From Deltaproteobacteria bacterium (GTDB taxonomy: Bacteria > Myxococcota > Kuafuiibacteriia > Kuafuiibacteriales > Kuafuiibacteriaceae): DNA of 64,000 nucleotides. The notes under the pieces are model-generated. The model was not told where the DNA came from. It made no database searches and was given only the letters and a program-made list of their open reading frames with translations. The stretch is taken from the NCBI GenBank assembly GCA_040218735.1, contig JAVJQW010000070.1, positions 352,001-416,000 of the forward strand. The letters are read 5' to 3'. The translations under genes were made by a program, and so were the position numbers. Shown in pieces: positions 18,360-28,116 of this stretch. Numbering within the stretch: position 1 is the first letter of the stretch; every line of letters starts with the position of its first letter.

Positions 18360-20294
18360 TCACGCGGCCTCGACCACTCGCGTCACCAGGTTCGCCTCGC
18401 CACCCGCCGGTTCGACCTCGAACTCCAGACGCCCCTCGTACGCGAAGCTCTTGGAGAGCTCACGCGCATAAGGCACACCCGAGCGCGCCAATCGCTCGAT
18501 GATCAGGTCCTGCGATGGACTCGACCTCGACCGGTGCAGCATCCCAAGGAGCGCGCGCGCCGCATGGAAGTCCTCCGCTCTCGGCGCCGCACCACGCGCC
18601 ACCGTCGACCAGACACTGCGCCGACGCGAGGAGGCGCGCCCATCGACGATGCGCCACTCGCTGGTGAGCCGTTCGAGTGCTCCCACCGCAGCGTCGCACG
18701 CGCCTATAACGCTCTCTGCGCTCGCCACGAGAGACTGCTCGAGCCCTCGCACCAGGAGCACAGCACGTTCGAGCTCCGAGAGCTTCGCATTCATCGCGAC
18801 GTCCAACAGCTCCGTTGCATCGTTGGTCAAACCACACGAATGAACGAAGACGTCACGAAGCCTGGCCTCATGAAGTCGCCCCGCAAACATCGACGACGCA
18901 CTTCGCGTGCTCTCGACGAACCCGTGCGCGGCCCAAAACGTAAGCCAGGTGGGATCGCAAGGGTGCCACCGCCGCGAGCTCTCCTGCACCACGAGGCCCG
19001 TTAGCTCGGCCACGTACGACAAGACCTCCCTCGCGATGGGGGGCGTAGGCCGAACCGAAGCCTCGTCGAGCCACGCCTCCTCCAGCGCGTCGCAACCCGT
19101 GTCGACGGCACGCAGCGCCATCCAGTGAAGCCAGTAGCGCACACGTGATGCCTTCGCCCAGGGCGCCGCGCGCCGGACATGACGACGTCGCGAATCACGC
19201 TCCGCGAACTCGGCGAGGCACGCATCTAGGACTTCGGTCTGTCGAAACCACGTCGAAGCACCGTCCGATCGCCCAGCCTTCAACGCGCCCTCGATGAGGA
19301 GTGGACGATTGAGGACGTCCGCGAGCTCGTCACGCTCCCAGAGTCGCCCGATGAACTCCGTTCGGACATCATCGGCGCGTCGACACAGAAGCCGCCAAGA
19401 CTCGCTCCGCGTGAGCGACTTCGCCTCGACTCGAACGAAGTCCTCGAGCCGGTCCAGCTCCGCTACCGGCCGCGACGTCACGATGGTCGGCCGACCGACA
19501 CTCCATCGCGAGATCGCCTCCGCCGCCAAGCTACGCTCATCGACCGCGATCTGATCGAACCCATCCGCAAACATCGGAACGGGGTCCTCGGACTCGGACC
19601 AGCTCGTCGACTCACACCACGCCCCCTCCGGCACTTGGCCAAGGTCGACGCGCCGCACCGTCCGACCGAAGTACTCCGCGAGCACGTTCGCGACGCTGCT
19701 CGACTTCCCCGTGCCGGCCTCTCCGAACACGATGACCCGTGGCGAGGAGCTAAGAGCCTCGACGAGATCGTCGCGGAGCGTTCCCACACAGGACGCATCG
19801 AGCCTCGTCTTCCGAGGCACCGGCTCCCGCCAATACGCGCCTGGCTTCGCGTCTTGGGCGATGGACGCCGACGCATCACCGCTCGAGATCTCCGCCGGCA
19901 TCGGCCGGGTCCCGCTGCGAAGCGCTTCCACCTGCTCCGAAATGGGTCGACCGCGTAGCTCTAGCATCGCGGCCTCGTAGGTCGTCTCCTCGAGGTACCG
20001 CGCCACGGAAGGGGCCATCCGTTCGCCGTGCGGCGACACCTGAGACGCTGGCCGCTCCGCCATCGCCCGGAAGGACTCCAAGGGCGCGCTCGGCGCCGAT
20101 GCGCTTCGCTCGACGACGTCGACGATGCGCCGAAGAACATCCGCTCTCGGGATCGTCCGATCGTTCACCCACTGCGAGATCGCCGAGGCGCTCACGCCCA
20201 GGTAGGTTGCCCACTCCGAGCGCTTGAACACGCCCGCTTCATCCAAGAGCCCGACGAGCGCTCGGGCGAACTTGCTCTGCCTTCGCTCGCTCAT
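18360..20294 (-). CDS. XRE-type HTH fused to a NACHT-like (STAND) NTPase
   Basis: N-terminal WATYLGVSASAISQWVNDRTIP (Cro/XRE HTH); Walker A GEAGTGKS; Walker B FADGFDQ; IVTSRP; NRPLLI; winged-helix-like PTWLTFWAA. Confidence 0.75.
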   Translation of the reverse strand: MSERRQSKFARALVGLLDEAGVFKRSEWATYLGVSASAISQWVNDRTIPRADVLRRIVDVVERSASAPSAPLESFRAMAERPASQVSPHGERMAPSVARYLEETTYEAAMLELRGRPISEQVEALRSGTRPMPAEISSGDASASIAQDAKPGAYWREPVPRKTRLDASCVGTLRDDLVEALSSSPRVIVFGEAGTGKSSSVANVLAEYFGRTVRRVDLGQVPEGAWCESTSWSESEDPVPMFADGFDQIAVDERSLAAEAISRWSVGRPTIVTSRPVAELDRLEDFVRVEAKSLTRSESWRLLCRRADDVRTEFIGRLWERDELADVLNRPLLIEGALKAGRSDGASTWFRQTEVLDACLAEFAERDSRRRHVRRAAPWAKASRVRYWLHWMALRAVDTGCDALEEAWLDEASVRPTPPIAREVLSYVAELTGLVVQESSRRWHPCDPTWLTFWAAHGFVESTRSASSMFAGRLHEARLRDVFVHSCGLTNDATELLDVAMNAKLSELERAVLLVRGLEQSLVASAESVIGACDAAVGALERLTSEWRIVDGRASSRRRSVWSTVARGAAPRAEDFHAARALLGMLHRSRSSPSQDLIIERLARSGVPYARELSKSFAYEGRLEFEVEPAGGEANLVTRVVEAA

Positions 20295-21009
20295 GATTCA
20301 CCTCTCTGCGCCCGATCGTCGAACGCGTACGCATCGTCGAAGTGCATGTGAATGCCTTCGTCCCAGTCCATATCCGGCGCACAGACGCCGGTGCTCCGCA
20401 GCCCCTTCGCGCGCGCCTCGCCGAGTTGCTGGAGCGCCTGGAGAGTGACTTCGCGCGCCGCCTCGAGCGTCATCGTCGCCCGCCCTGGCGACGCAAATAC
20501 GATCCCGTCACGGACCTCGATCCAAGGCTCCACAGCCTCGAGTCCCGTCGAGTCCCCCGGAATCACTTCGCGCCCCGCCGTGAACACTCCACCCCCGGCG
20601 CCTTGGCGCATTTCAGGCGGCAATGCCGCGAAGAACTCCGCTTCGTCCGCTGGCGTCACGATGCGGTCGTCGGGAGGCACGTAGTCGACGTACTTCGTCT
20701 TCACGCGTGTCCCCAGGACGGAGCGGCGGTGAGCGCGCCCTCGTATCGGCGCGTGTGAGGTCACGCTCCACCCCTTGACGAGGTCCACGTAGACCTCGAC
20801 GTCGAGTCCGTCGGGCGTGTCGATCACCCACAGCGGTGTCTGCTGCAACCACCCGTCCAGCGTGATGCCGATGGTCTTCGCCAACCACATCGTCGCCGCC
20901 CCGGCCGCGACGACAAGGACCGCCGGCTTCAGCTCGACGCCGCCGCGGTCCCCAGCAGCCCTCCGCCGAGGATGACCACGTCGCACGCGAACGCCTCCGT
21001 CCCGCTCAC
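20291..21009 (-). pseudogene. FAD-dependent oxidoreductase (DAO/glycine oxidase-like), internally deleted and frameshifted
   Basis: GTG 21009 gives MSGTEAFACDVVILGGGLLGTAAASS* (Rossmann motif, stop at 20931-20929); another frame continues VELKPAVLVVAAGA...FASPGRATM to 20291; the middle of a DAO-family protein is missing. Confidence 0.7.
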
Positions 21010-21015
21010 CGAAAC

Positions 21016-21044
21016 AAGATAGGGGAGCGAAGGCACGTCGTCAA
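21016..21044 (-). promoter_or_regulatory. sigma70-type promoter TTGACG-N17-TATCTT
   Basis: -35 at 21044-21039, -10 at 21021-21016, only 6 nt from GTG 21009. Confidence 0.7.
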
Positions 21045-21064
21045 GTCACTTCATGAAGTGACTT
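21043..21064. promoter_or_regulatory. Perfect 22-bp palindrome, candidate operator
   Basis: AAGTCACTTCATGAAGTGACTT is its own reverse complement; AT-rich; overlaps the -35 box. Confidence 0.7.
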
Positions 21065-21080
21065 CATTAGAATCGAAGGC

Positions 21081-21833
21081 CTATTGGGCAGCGCCTACGC
21101 CCTCGTCCTTCAGGTCGTCGAGCGGCAGCCCCTTCGCCGTGGCGAGGAGGTCCTTCATCGGCACCTTCCGGCCCTGGACCTCGACCATGAAGCGGTCGGC
21201 GAGGATCAGCTTCACCTCGCCGCGCATCGTCTTCGAGTTCCACTTCTCGTAGGACTTGTGGCCGTCGATCTTCGACGTGCGCTCGTAGCCGTCGTCCGAC
21301 TCGCGATCGATCTCCGCCATCGCCCAGCCCGCCGCCGCCATCGCCGCGAAGCCCTTCATCGAGCCCATGTCGATGATCTTCACGGTGAGCCGCTTGCCGT
21401 CCGCCTCGTACTTGCCCTCTGCGTTGGAGATCTTCATCCCCATCGCGCCCGCCTTCTCGCCCTTCGCGTTCGTACGCTTCAGGCCGGCCGCCTCGTCCGG
21501 GAGCATCTTCTTCAGCTCGCGGAAGTTCACCGGCTCCACGTTCGACGTGTTCTTCGCGATGGCCTTCTGCATCTCGGCCATCGCCTCCTGGAGGTTCTTC
21601 GGATCCGCGGCGTCGGTCGCGTCGTCCGCGGCCCCCTCGCCGTCGTCCGCCGCCTCCTTCGCGACCTTCGCCGCCTCCTTGGCGGCCTGCTCGGCGACCT
21701 TCGCCGCCTCCAGCGCCTGTTTCTTCGCGGCCTCGGCGTTCGCCATGGCCTCCTTCACCTTCGCCTGCTCGTCCTTGCAGCCGACGGCCACGATGAAGGA
21801 GACGAACAACCCGACAATCCAGACCTTCTTCAT
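21081..21833 (-). CDS. Hypothetical lipoprotein with Ala/Lys/Glu-rich coiled coil
   Basis: MKKVWIVGLFVSFIVAVGC lipobox; strong codon bias. Confidence 0.8.
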   Translation of the reverse strand: MKKVWIVGLFVSFIVAVGCKDEQAKVKEAMANAEAAKKQALEAAKVAEQAAKEAAKVAKEAADDGEGAADDATDAADPKNLQEAMAEMQKAIAKNTSNVEPVNFRELKKMLPDEAAGLKRTNAKGEKAGAMGMKISNAEGKYEADGKRLTVKIIDMGSMKGFAAMAAAGWAMAEIDRESDDGYERTSKIDGHKSYEKWNSKTMRGEVKLILADRFMVEVQGRKVPMKDLLATAKGLPLDDLKDEGVGAAQ

Positions 21834-21934
21834 GGGCTGGGACCGTAACCGGATCCCCGGGGTGGGATCCACGCGTGGCACGACCGCGCCAGAAAAACCG
21901 ACGAATCGACGAAGCACCGTGCACTGCCCAGATC

Positions 21935-23206
21935 ATGCGTACAATCTCGGTGCTCCTCGTCTCGTCGCTGTTCGCGTGCGGCACGGAGCGGATGGCGTCG
22001 ACGCCCGGCGACCGCGACGTCGGCGCCTCGGCCCCGGACGCCGGCTCAGGACGGACCGATGCAGGCCCCCGGGACGGAGGAGAGGTGACCGACGGGGGCG
22101 ACCCACACCGCGACGGGGGCGACGTCCCGCGCGACGGAGGCGATCCAGGCGGCTGTGTCCCGCTCCCCGCGACCCCGATTACGGAGGTCGCGGACGCCGC
22201 GTTCGGCATCCGTGGGCTCGTCGAGGTCGACGGGGGCTTCCTCGTCGCTTGGATCCGCAACCGGTCGATGGAGCCCTTCAACGCGATCGTGACCCACGTC
22301 GACGCGCAGCTGAACCGGGTCTCCTACGGCGAGGACCTGGGCCCCCTCCCCGACCGCGACGGACAACTCCTCCCCGCCGAGGACGGTGCCTGGTTCCAGG
22401 GCGTGCGCCCCTCGCTCGGCATGCAGAGGATCGAGCTCACCAAGCTCGGGCCGTCGGGCTCCATCGAGGGGCGGCACACGATCACCTCCACCACGATCGT
22501 GGGCTCCGACTTCGTCCGCACCGACGATGGGTACGCGGTCTCCTACAACGTCGGTCGGCGCGGGCACCCCTACGACCGCGCCGTGCTCCAGCGCCTCGAC
22601 ACCGACGGACGCCCGGTCGGCGACCCCGTCACCCTCATCGAAGGCCGGGGGGTCGATCAGCTCGTGTGGACGGGGTCCCAGCTCGGTGCGGTGGTGTTGT
22701 CCGGGGGGACGGAGTTCGGGCTCGTTCGGCTCGACGCGAACGGCACCACGCCCGAACCCGTGATGCCCCTCGTCTTCGACGAAGCGGTGGCAGGCCCGTT
22801 CTCCCTCGCCGCACACCCCGACGGCTTCCTGTTCGGCACGCGGCTGCAGGGCGACGAACGAAGCCTCTTTCGCTTCTTCGACGCCGCCGGGGCCCCGGTG
22901 GGGCGCGCTCAGCTGTTCGGGCTCTGGCCGGTCGAGGCGGTATACGACGGCGAGGTCTTCGGCCTGGCCGCCGAGGACTTCTTTTCTCGAGGGACGGCGA
23001 TGCAGTTCGCCGTCGCCGCGCCCGGACAGATCCGCGACGTTCGCGAGAGCGCGCTCTCCATCAACCCGACCAACCCGGCCGCGGCCAACGCACAGATCGT
23101 CGCCGTGGACGGCGGCTTCGTCCTGGCGTGGCTCGAGTGGACGTTCAACGTGAACCCGCTCACCGAGCCGGACTACCGCGTGGTCATGGCACGCGTGTGC
23201 CTCTGA
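21935..23206 (+). CDS. Hypothetical lipoprotein, probable beta-propeller
   Basis: LFAC lipobox, DGG-repeat linker, repeated 'GFLVAW/GYAVSY/GFVLAW' blade-like segments. Confidence 0.72.
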   Translation: MRTISVLLVSSLFACGTERMASTPGDRDVGASAPDAGSGRTDAGPRDGGEVTDGGDPHRDGGDVPRDGGDPGGCVPLPATPITEVADAAFGIRGLVEVDGGFLVAWIRNRSMEPFNAIVTHVDAQLNRVSYGEDLGPLPDRDGQLLPAEDGAWFQGVRPSLGMQRIELTKLGPSGSIEGRHTITSTTIVGSDFVRTDDGYAVSYNVGRRGHPYDRAVLQRLDTDGRPVGDPVTLIEGRGVDQLVWTGSQLGAVVLSGGTEFGLVRLDANGTTPEPVMPLVFDEAVAGPFSLAAHPDGFLFGTRLQGDERSLFRFFDAAGAPVGRAQLFGLWPVEAVYDGEVFGLAAEDFFSRGTAMQFAVAAPGQIRDVRESALSINPTNPAAANAQIVAVDGGFVLAWLEWTFNVNPLTEPDYRVVMARVCL

Positions 23207-23213
23207 CGCCCGT

Positions 23214-25736
23214 CTACTTGGCGATGAGGTTCAGGATCTTGCCGGGTTTGTAGATCACGCGGACGAGGTTCTTGCCCTCCAGCTGCCGCGCCACCGACTC
23301 GTTCGCCTTTGCGGCGGCTACGGCCGTCGCCTCGTCGGCGTCGACCGGGATCTCGATCTCCCCGCGCGTCTTCCCCATCACCTGGACGCCCATCTTCATG
23401 GTGTCCTCGACGAGGTACTTTTCGTCCGCCTCGGGCCACGCGGCGTAGCTGATCCCGCCCTCGTGACCGAGCCCCTTCGCCCACAGCTCCTCCGCGATGT
23501 GCGGCGCGAGCGGCTGGATGAGCTGCGCGAGCGGGCCGAGGATCGCCTTCGACGTCGTCTTCAGCTGGGTGAGATCGCGCGTCGCGATGTGCAGCGCGGA
23601 GACCGCCGTGTTGAGCGCGAGCTTTTCGTAGTCTTCGCTCACCTTCGCGATCGCCTTGTGGAGGATCTTCAGCTCCTCCGCCGTCGGCTCCGCGTCCGTC
23701 GCGCGCGGCGTGTCGTCGTCGCCCTCGAAGTACAGACGCCACACCCGCTCCAGCCACTTGAACTGCGCCTGGATGCCGCCCGGCGCCCACGGCTTGTCCT
23801 GGTCGAGCGGCCCGAGGAACGCGATGTAGACGCGCATCGCGTCGGCGCCATAGTCGCGGATGACGTCGTCCGGGTTCACGACGTTCCCCTTCCGCTTCGA
23901 CATCTTCTCGATGCGCTGCGTGAGCACCTCACCGGTGCCCTTCTCGACGTACGTGCCGTCCTTCTCCTCGACGTCGTTCCACGCGACGATCCGCTTGTCG
24001 TCGCGGTAGTACGTGAACGCCTGCACCATCCCCTGGTGGAACAGCTTCGTCGCGAACTCCGCGTCGCGCACGAGCCCCTCGTCGTGCAGGAACCGCTGCC
24101 ACATCCGCGAGTACATCAGGTGCCCCACGGCATGCTCCGGGCCGCCGACGTACAGGTCGACGGGCATCCAGTAGTCCGACTTCTCCCGCGCGCAGAACGC
24201 CTCGTCGTTGTGCGGGTCGCAGTAGCGCAGGAAGTACCAGCTCGACCCCGCCGAGCCCGGCATCGTCTGCGTCTCGCGCAGGAGCTTCTCGCCGGTCTTC
24301 GGATCGTCGACCTCCACCCACGCGCGCGCGAGCGACAGCGGCGACTCACCGGTGCCCGTCGGCGCGTACTGCTCGACCGCCGGGAGCTCGAGCGGAAGCT
24401 CGTCCACGTCCAACGCGCGCACCACCTCGCCCGCCGCGTTCTTCAGCACCGGGATCGGCTCGCCCCAGTAGCGCTGCCGCGCGAACGTCCAGTCGCGGAG
24501 CTTGTAGTTGATCGTGCCCTCGCCGAAGCCCTGCTCCGCGAGCCACGCCGTGACCTTCTTCTTCGCCTCGCCGTCCGCGGTCGGCGTGCCGTCGAAGTCG
24601 CCGCTGTTGATCATCTCGCCTTCGCCGACGTGCGCGCCTTCGGACACGTCGCCGCCCGAGATCACCGGCACGATCGACAGCTCCATCGCCTTCGCAAACG
24701 CCCAGTCGCGCTCGTCGTGTCCGGGCACGGCCATAATCGCGCCGGTGCCGTAGCCGTAGATCACGTAGTCGGAGATCCAGATCGGGATCTGCGCCCCCGT
24801 CGCCGGGTTCGTCGCACGCGCACCGGTGTCCGCGCCGGTCTTCTCCTTCGTGGTCTGCCGGTCGATCTCACTCATCGCCGCCGTGCGCGCCTGGTACGCC
24901 TCGACGGCCTCCCGCTGCGCGTCCGTGGTGATCTCGGCGACGATCGGGTGCTCGGGCGCCACGACCATGTACGTCGCGCCGAACACGGTGTCGGGGCGCG
25001 TCGTGAACACGCGGAGCTTCTCGTCGGAGCCTTCGATCAAGAAGTCGATGTGCGCGCCCTCCGAGCGCCCGATGCGCTCACGCTGCGCAAGTTTGGTTGC
25101 GTCGGCCCAGTCGATCGTCTCGAGCCCCTCGAGCAGCTTCTCGGCGTAGTCGGTGATGCGAATCATCCACTGCCGCATCCGCTTGCGCTCGACCGGGTGG
25201 CCGCCGCGCTCCGACTTGCCGTCGATGACCTCGTCGTTCGCGAGCACCGTCCCGAGCGCCGGGCACCAGTTCACGAAGGTGTCGGCCTCGTACGCCAGCC
25301 CCTTCTCGAGCAGCTTCGTGAAGATCCACTGCGTCCACTTGTAGAAGTCCGGCGACGCCGTCGAGACCTCGCGCGTCCAGTCGTACGAGAAGCCGCACAT
25401 CTTGAGCTGGCGGCGGAACGTCTCGATCGACTCCGCCGTCGACTGCTGCGGGGGGACGCCCTCGTCGATCGCCTTCTGTTCGGCGGGGAGCCCGAAGGCG
25501 TCGTAGCCCATCGGGTGGAGGACGTTGAAGCCCTGCGCGCGGCGCTTGCGGGAGACGACGTCCGCGCCGATGTAACTCGCCGGGTGGCCGACGTGCAGCC
25601 CCTTGCCCGACGGGTACGGGAACATGTCGAGCGCATAGAACTTGGGGAGGGAGAAGTCGTCCTTGGCGACGAAGGTCCCTTCGTCATCCCAGAACTTCTG
25701 CCAACGGGGCTCGATCTCGGTCGGGCGGTACGGCAT
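23214..25736 (-). CDS. leuS: Leucine--tRNA ligase
   Basis: MFPYPSGKGLHVGH (HIGH), KMSKR (KMSKS), FTTRPDT editing domain, RQRYWGEPIP. Confidence 0.97.
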   Translation of the reverse strand: MPYRPTEIEPRWQKFWDDEGTFVAKDDFSLPKFYALDMFPYPSGKGLHVGHPASYIGADVVSRKRRAQGFNVLHPMGYDAFGLPAEQKAIDEGVPPQQSTAESIETFRRQLKMCGFSYDWTREVSTASPDFYKWTQWIFTKLLEKGLAYEADTFVNWCPALGTVLANDEVIDGKSERGGHPVERKRMRQWMIRITDYAEKLLEGLETIDWADATKLAQRERIGRSEGAHIDFLIEGSDEKLRVFTTRPDTVFGATYMVVAPEHPIVAEITTDAQREAVEAYQARTAAMSEIDRQTTKEKTGADTGARATNPATGAQIPIWISDYVIYGYGTGAIMAVPGHDERDWAFAKAMELSIVPVISGGDVSEGAHVGEGEMINSGDFDGTPTADGEAKKKVTAWLAEQGFGEGTINYKLRDWTFARQRYWGEPIPVLKNAAGEVVRALDVDELPLELPAVEQYAPTGTGESPLSLARAWVEVDDPKTGEKLLRETQTMPGSAGSSWYFLRYCDPHNDEAFCAREKSDYWMPVDLYVGGPEHAVGHLMYSRMWQRFLHDEGLVRDAEFATKLFHQGMVQAFTYYRDDKRIVAWNDVEEKDGTYVEKGTGEVLTQRIEKMSKRKGNVVNPDDVIRDYGADAMRVYIAFLGPLDQDKPWAPGGIQAQFKWLERVWRLYFEGDDDTPRATDAEPTAEELKILHKAIAKVSEDYEKLALNTAVSALHIATRDLTQLKTTSKAILGPLAQLIQPLAPHIAEELWAKGLGHEGGISYAAWPEADEKYLVEDTMKMGVQVMGKTRGEIEIPVDADEATAVAAAKANESVARQLEGKNLVRVIYKPGKILNLIAK

Positions 25737-25908
25737 CGCGACCGCGTTCCTAACACCGGCGCGCGAGCGAATCGACCATTCGTCGGCCTGCGTCATCGTC
25801 CCCGCCGCGCCGGTGAGCGCCCTCACGATCGGCGCTCGGGATGAATTCGACTCGACGGTCGGTCCTTACCGCGCCGCTTCTGGATCCGAAGCGGTAGAGG
25901 GAGGGCTC

Positions 25909-28095
25909 ATGCACCGAAATCACTACGCGCTGCTCTGCGTCTTCGCGGTCGGCTGCCAGTGCGGCGACGGCGCGACCGAAGCGCTGTACGACCCGGACTG
26001 CTCGGGGTGCCGCGGCGAAGGGGAGTCGTGCACGTTCCCCATCAACTGCCGAGGCGGAACCGTCTGCAACAACGAGCGCTACGAGTACTACGACGCCGAA
26101 CAGCCCGCCGACATCTGCGTCACCTACGTCTGCCGCACCGACGACGACTGCATCCTGGACCGGGTCTGCACCCTCGAAAACCTCTGCCGCGCCCCCGTGT
26201 GCCAGACGGACGCGGACTGCGACGGCGCCGCCTGCGTCGGGGGCGTCTGCGGTGACACGCCCAACGCCAGCGCCGCCGTGCGCTGCGTGATCGTCTCGCC
26301 CCACCCCACGCTCGCGGTCGGCGACTCCGCGATGCTCGAAGCCATCGCGCTGGACGCCGACGGCCGCGTGCTCCCGCGGGCGGCGTTCAACTGGTCCTCG
26401 GCGGCGACCACCGCCGCGACGGTCGACGGCGCGATCGTCACCGGCGTCGGCGCGGGCGCCGCGCCGATCTCCGCGAGCATCCGCGACGCCCCCAACGTGC
26501 GATGCAGCGGACGCGTGGCCCAGGTCTTCGCGCCGATCGCGCCGACCGGGGAAGGCGCGCGGGTCGTCGTGGTCGACGCGGCCGACGGCGCCCCGATCGA
26601 AGACGCGGAAGTCACGCTCCTCGCCGACACGTCGCTGGTCCTCCGCACCGACGGCCGGGGTCACGTCGTCACCGCCTCGACCGCGACCATCACGGCGGTC
26701 ACCGTGACGAAACCGGGCTGGCGGTCCGTGTCGATCCTCGAGCCGGGCACGAACGACCTCTTCGTGACGCTCCCCCGCGCGCCGGACATCACGCGGGCTG
26801 GCGGGATCCGTGGGGGCATCGACGTTTCGGCCAACCCAACGATCGGCGACCTCGACGCCCTCGTCGTCTACCACGCGCGCTCGCCGGACCTGTTCGAGTA
26901 CCGCGCGCTGCCGGCCGTCGACATCGTGCCCACGCGCATCAACCTCGAAGGGCTGGACTTCGACGAGACACTCCCGCTCCCCGGCAACATGGTGCTCAGC
27001 TTCGGCTCCCGCGAGTTCACACGCGACGAGCGCCGCTGCGTCGGCACCAACCCCGAAGGCCTCGGCTGCTTCGCGACGCGCGCCCCCGTCGGCATGGGCG
27101 CCGCGTGGGTCATGGGCGGGCGCTACAAGCTCTCGACGATCACCATCCTGCAGGACCAGCTTCGGGGCTTCGAGCCCAAGCCCTACGACGCCGCGGCACG
27201 CGCGGAGCTGATACGTGCGTTCGTCGGGCTCACCACGGGCGGCTGGTTCGGCGCGCTGCCCTTCGTGGAGATCGAGGACGCTCCGCGGGTCCCGATCGGG
27301 CAGGGTGCCGACTGCAGCGATCCGGCGCAGGCGATTCGGTGTCGCGGGGACTTCAACACGTACACGTCGTCCAAGATCGCGCTCGACCAGCGCGCCGGTC
27401 TGCAGAGCGTGATCCGTGCACCGTCACAACCCGCGAGGCCCGACGGCGGCTGCGACGACACGCTCGTGGTGTCGCTCTACTCGGCGCTGACCGGCCGCGG
27501 GCTGGTGCTCACCGGGTTCGGCTCCGCAGAGGACCTGGACGACAACTGCATCGTCGACGGCACGCCGTACGCGTTCAGCCTGTGGTCGGATCCGATCCCG
27601 AACGGGACCCTCCCGCTCACGACGACCCCACAGCACTCGGGGCTCGAGGGAAGCGAACAGCTCGCGGTGCTCGTCGCGGTGGACCGCGGAGAGGACGCGG
27701 CGCCGCTCGACCTCGCGCTCGTGGCGGCGCCGGTGGACCGGGTCGACGGGGCGATGGACCTGTCGGGCCAGCCGTTCCTTTCGTACCCGGAGGCGACGAT
27801 CGATCGCGCCCGCGGAACGGCGACGGTCGTGGACGGAGAAGGAACGGGGCTCAGGTTCACCTTCGATGGCGTGGACGGCGGGTGGATCGTGTTTGCGCCG
27901 CGGGATGTCGGGGCGGTGATGCTGCCGGATTCGGACGTAGTGCGAGAGGCGGCCGTGGTGACGGTGCAGGCTTTTGCTGGTGGGGAGTATGCGCAGACTT
28001 GGGCGCTTGCCTCGCCGACGCGGTACGGGCGTACGCAGCCGGTGGCCGTGACGACGACGCAGTGCGGAGAAGACCGCCCGTGCACGCTCCGCTGA
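25909..28095 (+). CDS. Large Cys-rich myxobacterial-type lipoprotein with Ig-like domains
   Basis: AVGCQC lipobox, CxxDxDC repeats, Big_2-like segment (FNWSSAATTAATVD), carboxypeptidase-regulatory-like segment. Confidence 0.72.
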   Translation: MHRNHYALLCVFAVGCQCGDGATEALYDPDCSGCRGEGESCTFPINCRGGTVCNNERYEYYDAEQPADICVTYVCRTDDDCILDRVCTLENLCRAPVCQTDADCDGAACVGGVCGDTPNASAAVRCVIVSPHPTLAVGDSAMLEAIALDADGRVLPRAAFNWSSAATTAATVDGAIVTGVGAGAAPISASIRDAPNVRCSGRVAQVFAPIAPTGEGARVVVVDAADGAPIEDAEVTLLADTSLVLRTDGRGHVVTASTATITAVTVTKPGWRSVSILEPGTNDLFVTLPRAPDITRAGGIRGGIDVSANPTIGDLDALVVYHARSPDLFEYRALPAVDIVPTRINLEGLDFDETLPLPGNMVLSFGSREFTRDERRCVGTNPEGLGCFATRAPVGMGAAWVMGGRYKLSTITILQDQLRGFEPKPYDAAARAELIRAFVGLTTGGWFGALPFVEIEDAPRVPIGQGADCSDPAQAIRCRGDFNTYTSSKIALDQRAGLQSVIRAPSQPARPDGGCDDTLVVSLYSALTGRGLVLTGFGSAEDLDDNCIVDGTPYAFSLWSDPIPNGTLPLTTTPQHSGLEGSEQLAVLVAVDRGEDAAPLDLALVAAPVDRVDGAMDLSGQPFLSYPEATIDRARGTATVVDGEGTGLRFTFDGVDGGWIVFAPRDVGAVMLPDSDVVREAAVVTVQAFAGGEYAQTWALASPTRYGRTQPVAVTTTQCGEDRPCTLR

Positions 28096-28116
28096 CCTGA
28101 GGCACGCTAAAGAGCG

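Noticed and set aside
20929-20990. Programmed ribosomal frameshift restoring the oxidoreductase
   Set aside because: No slippery heptamer is evident, and a shift would still give a protein missing the middle of the DAO fold.
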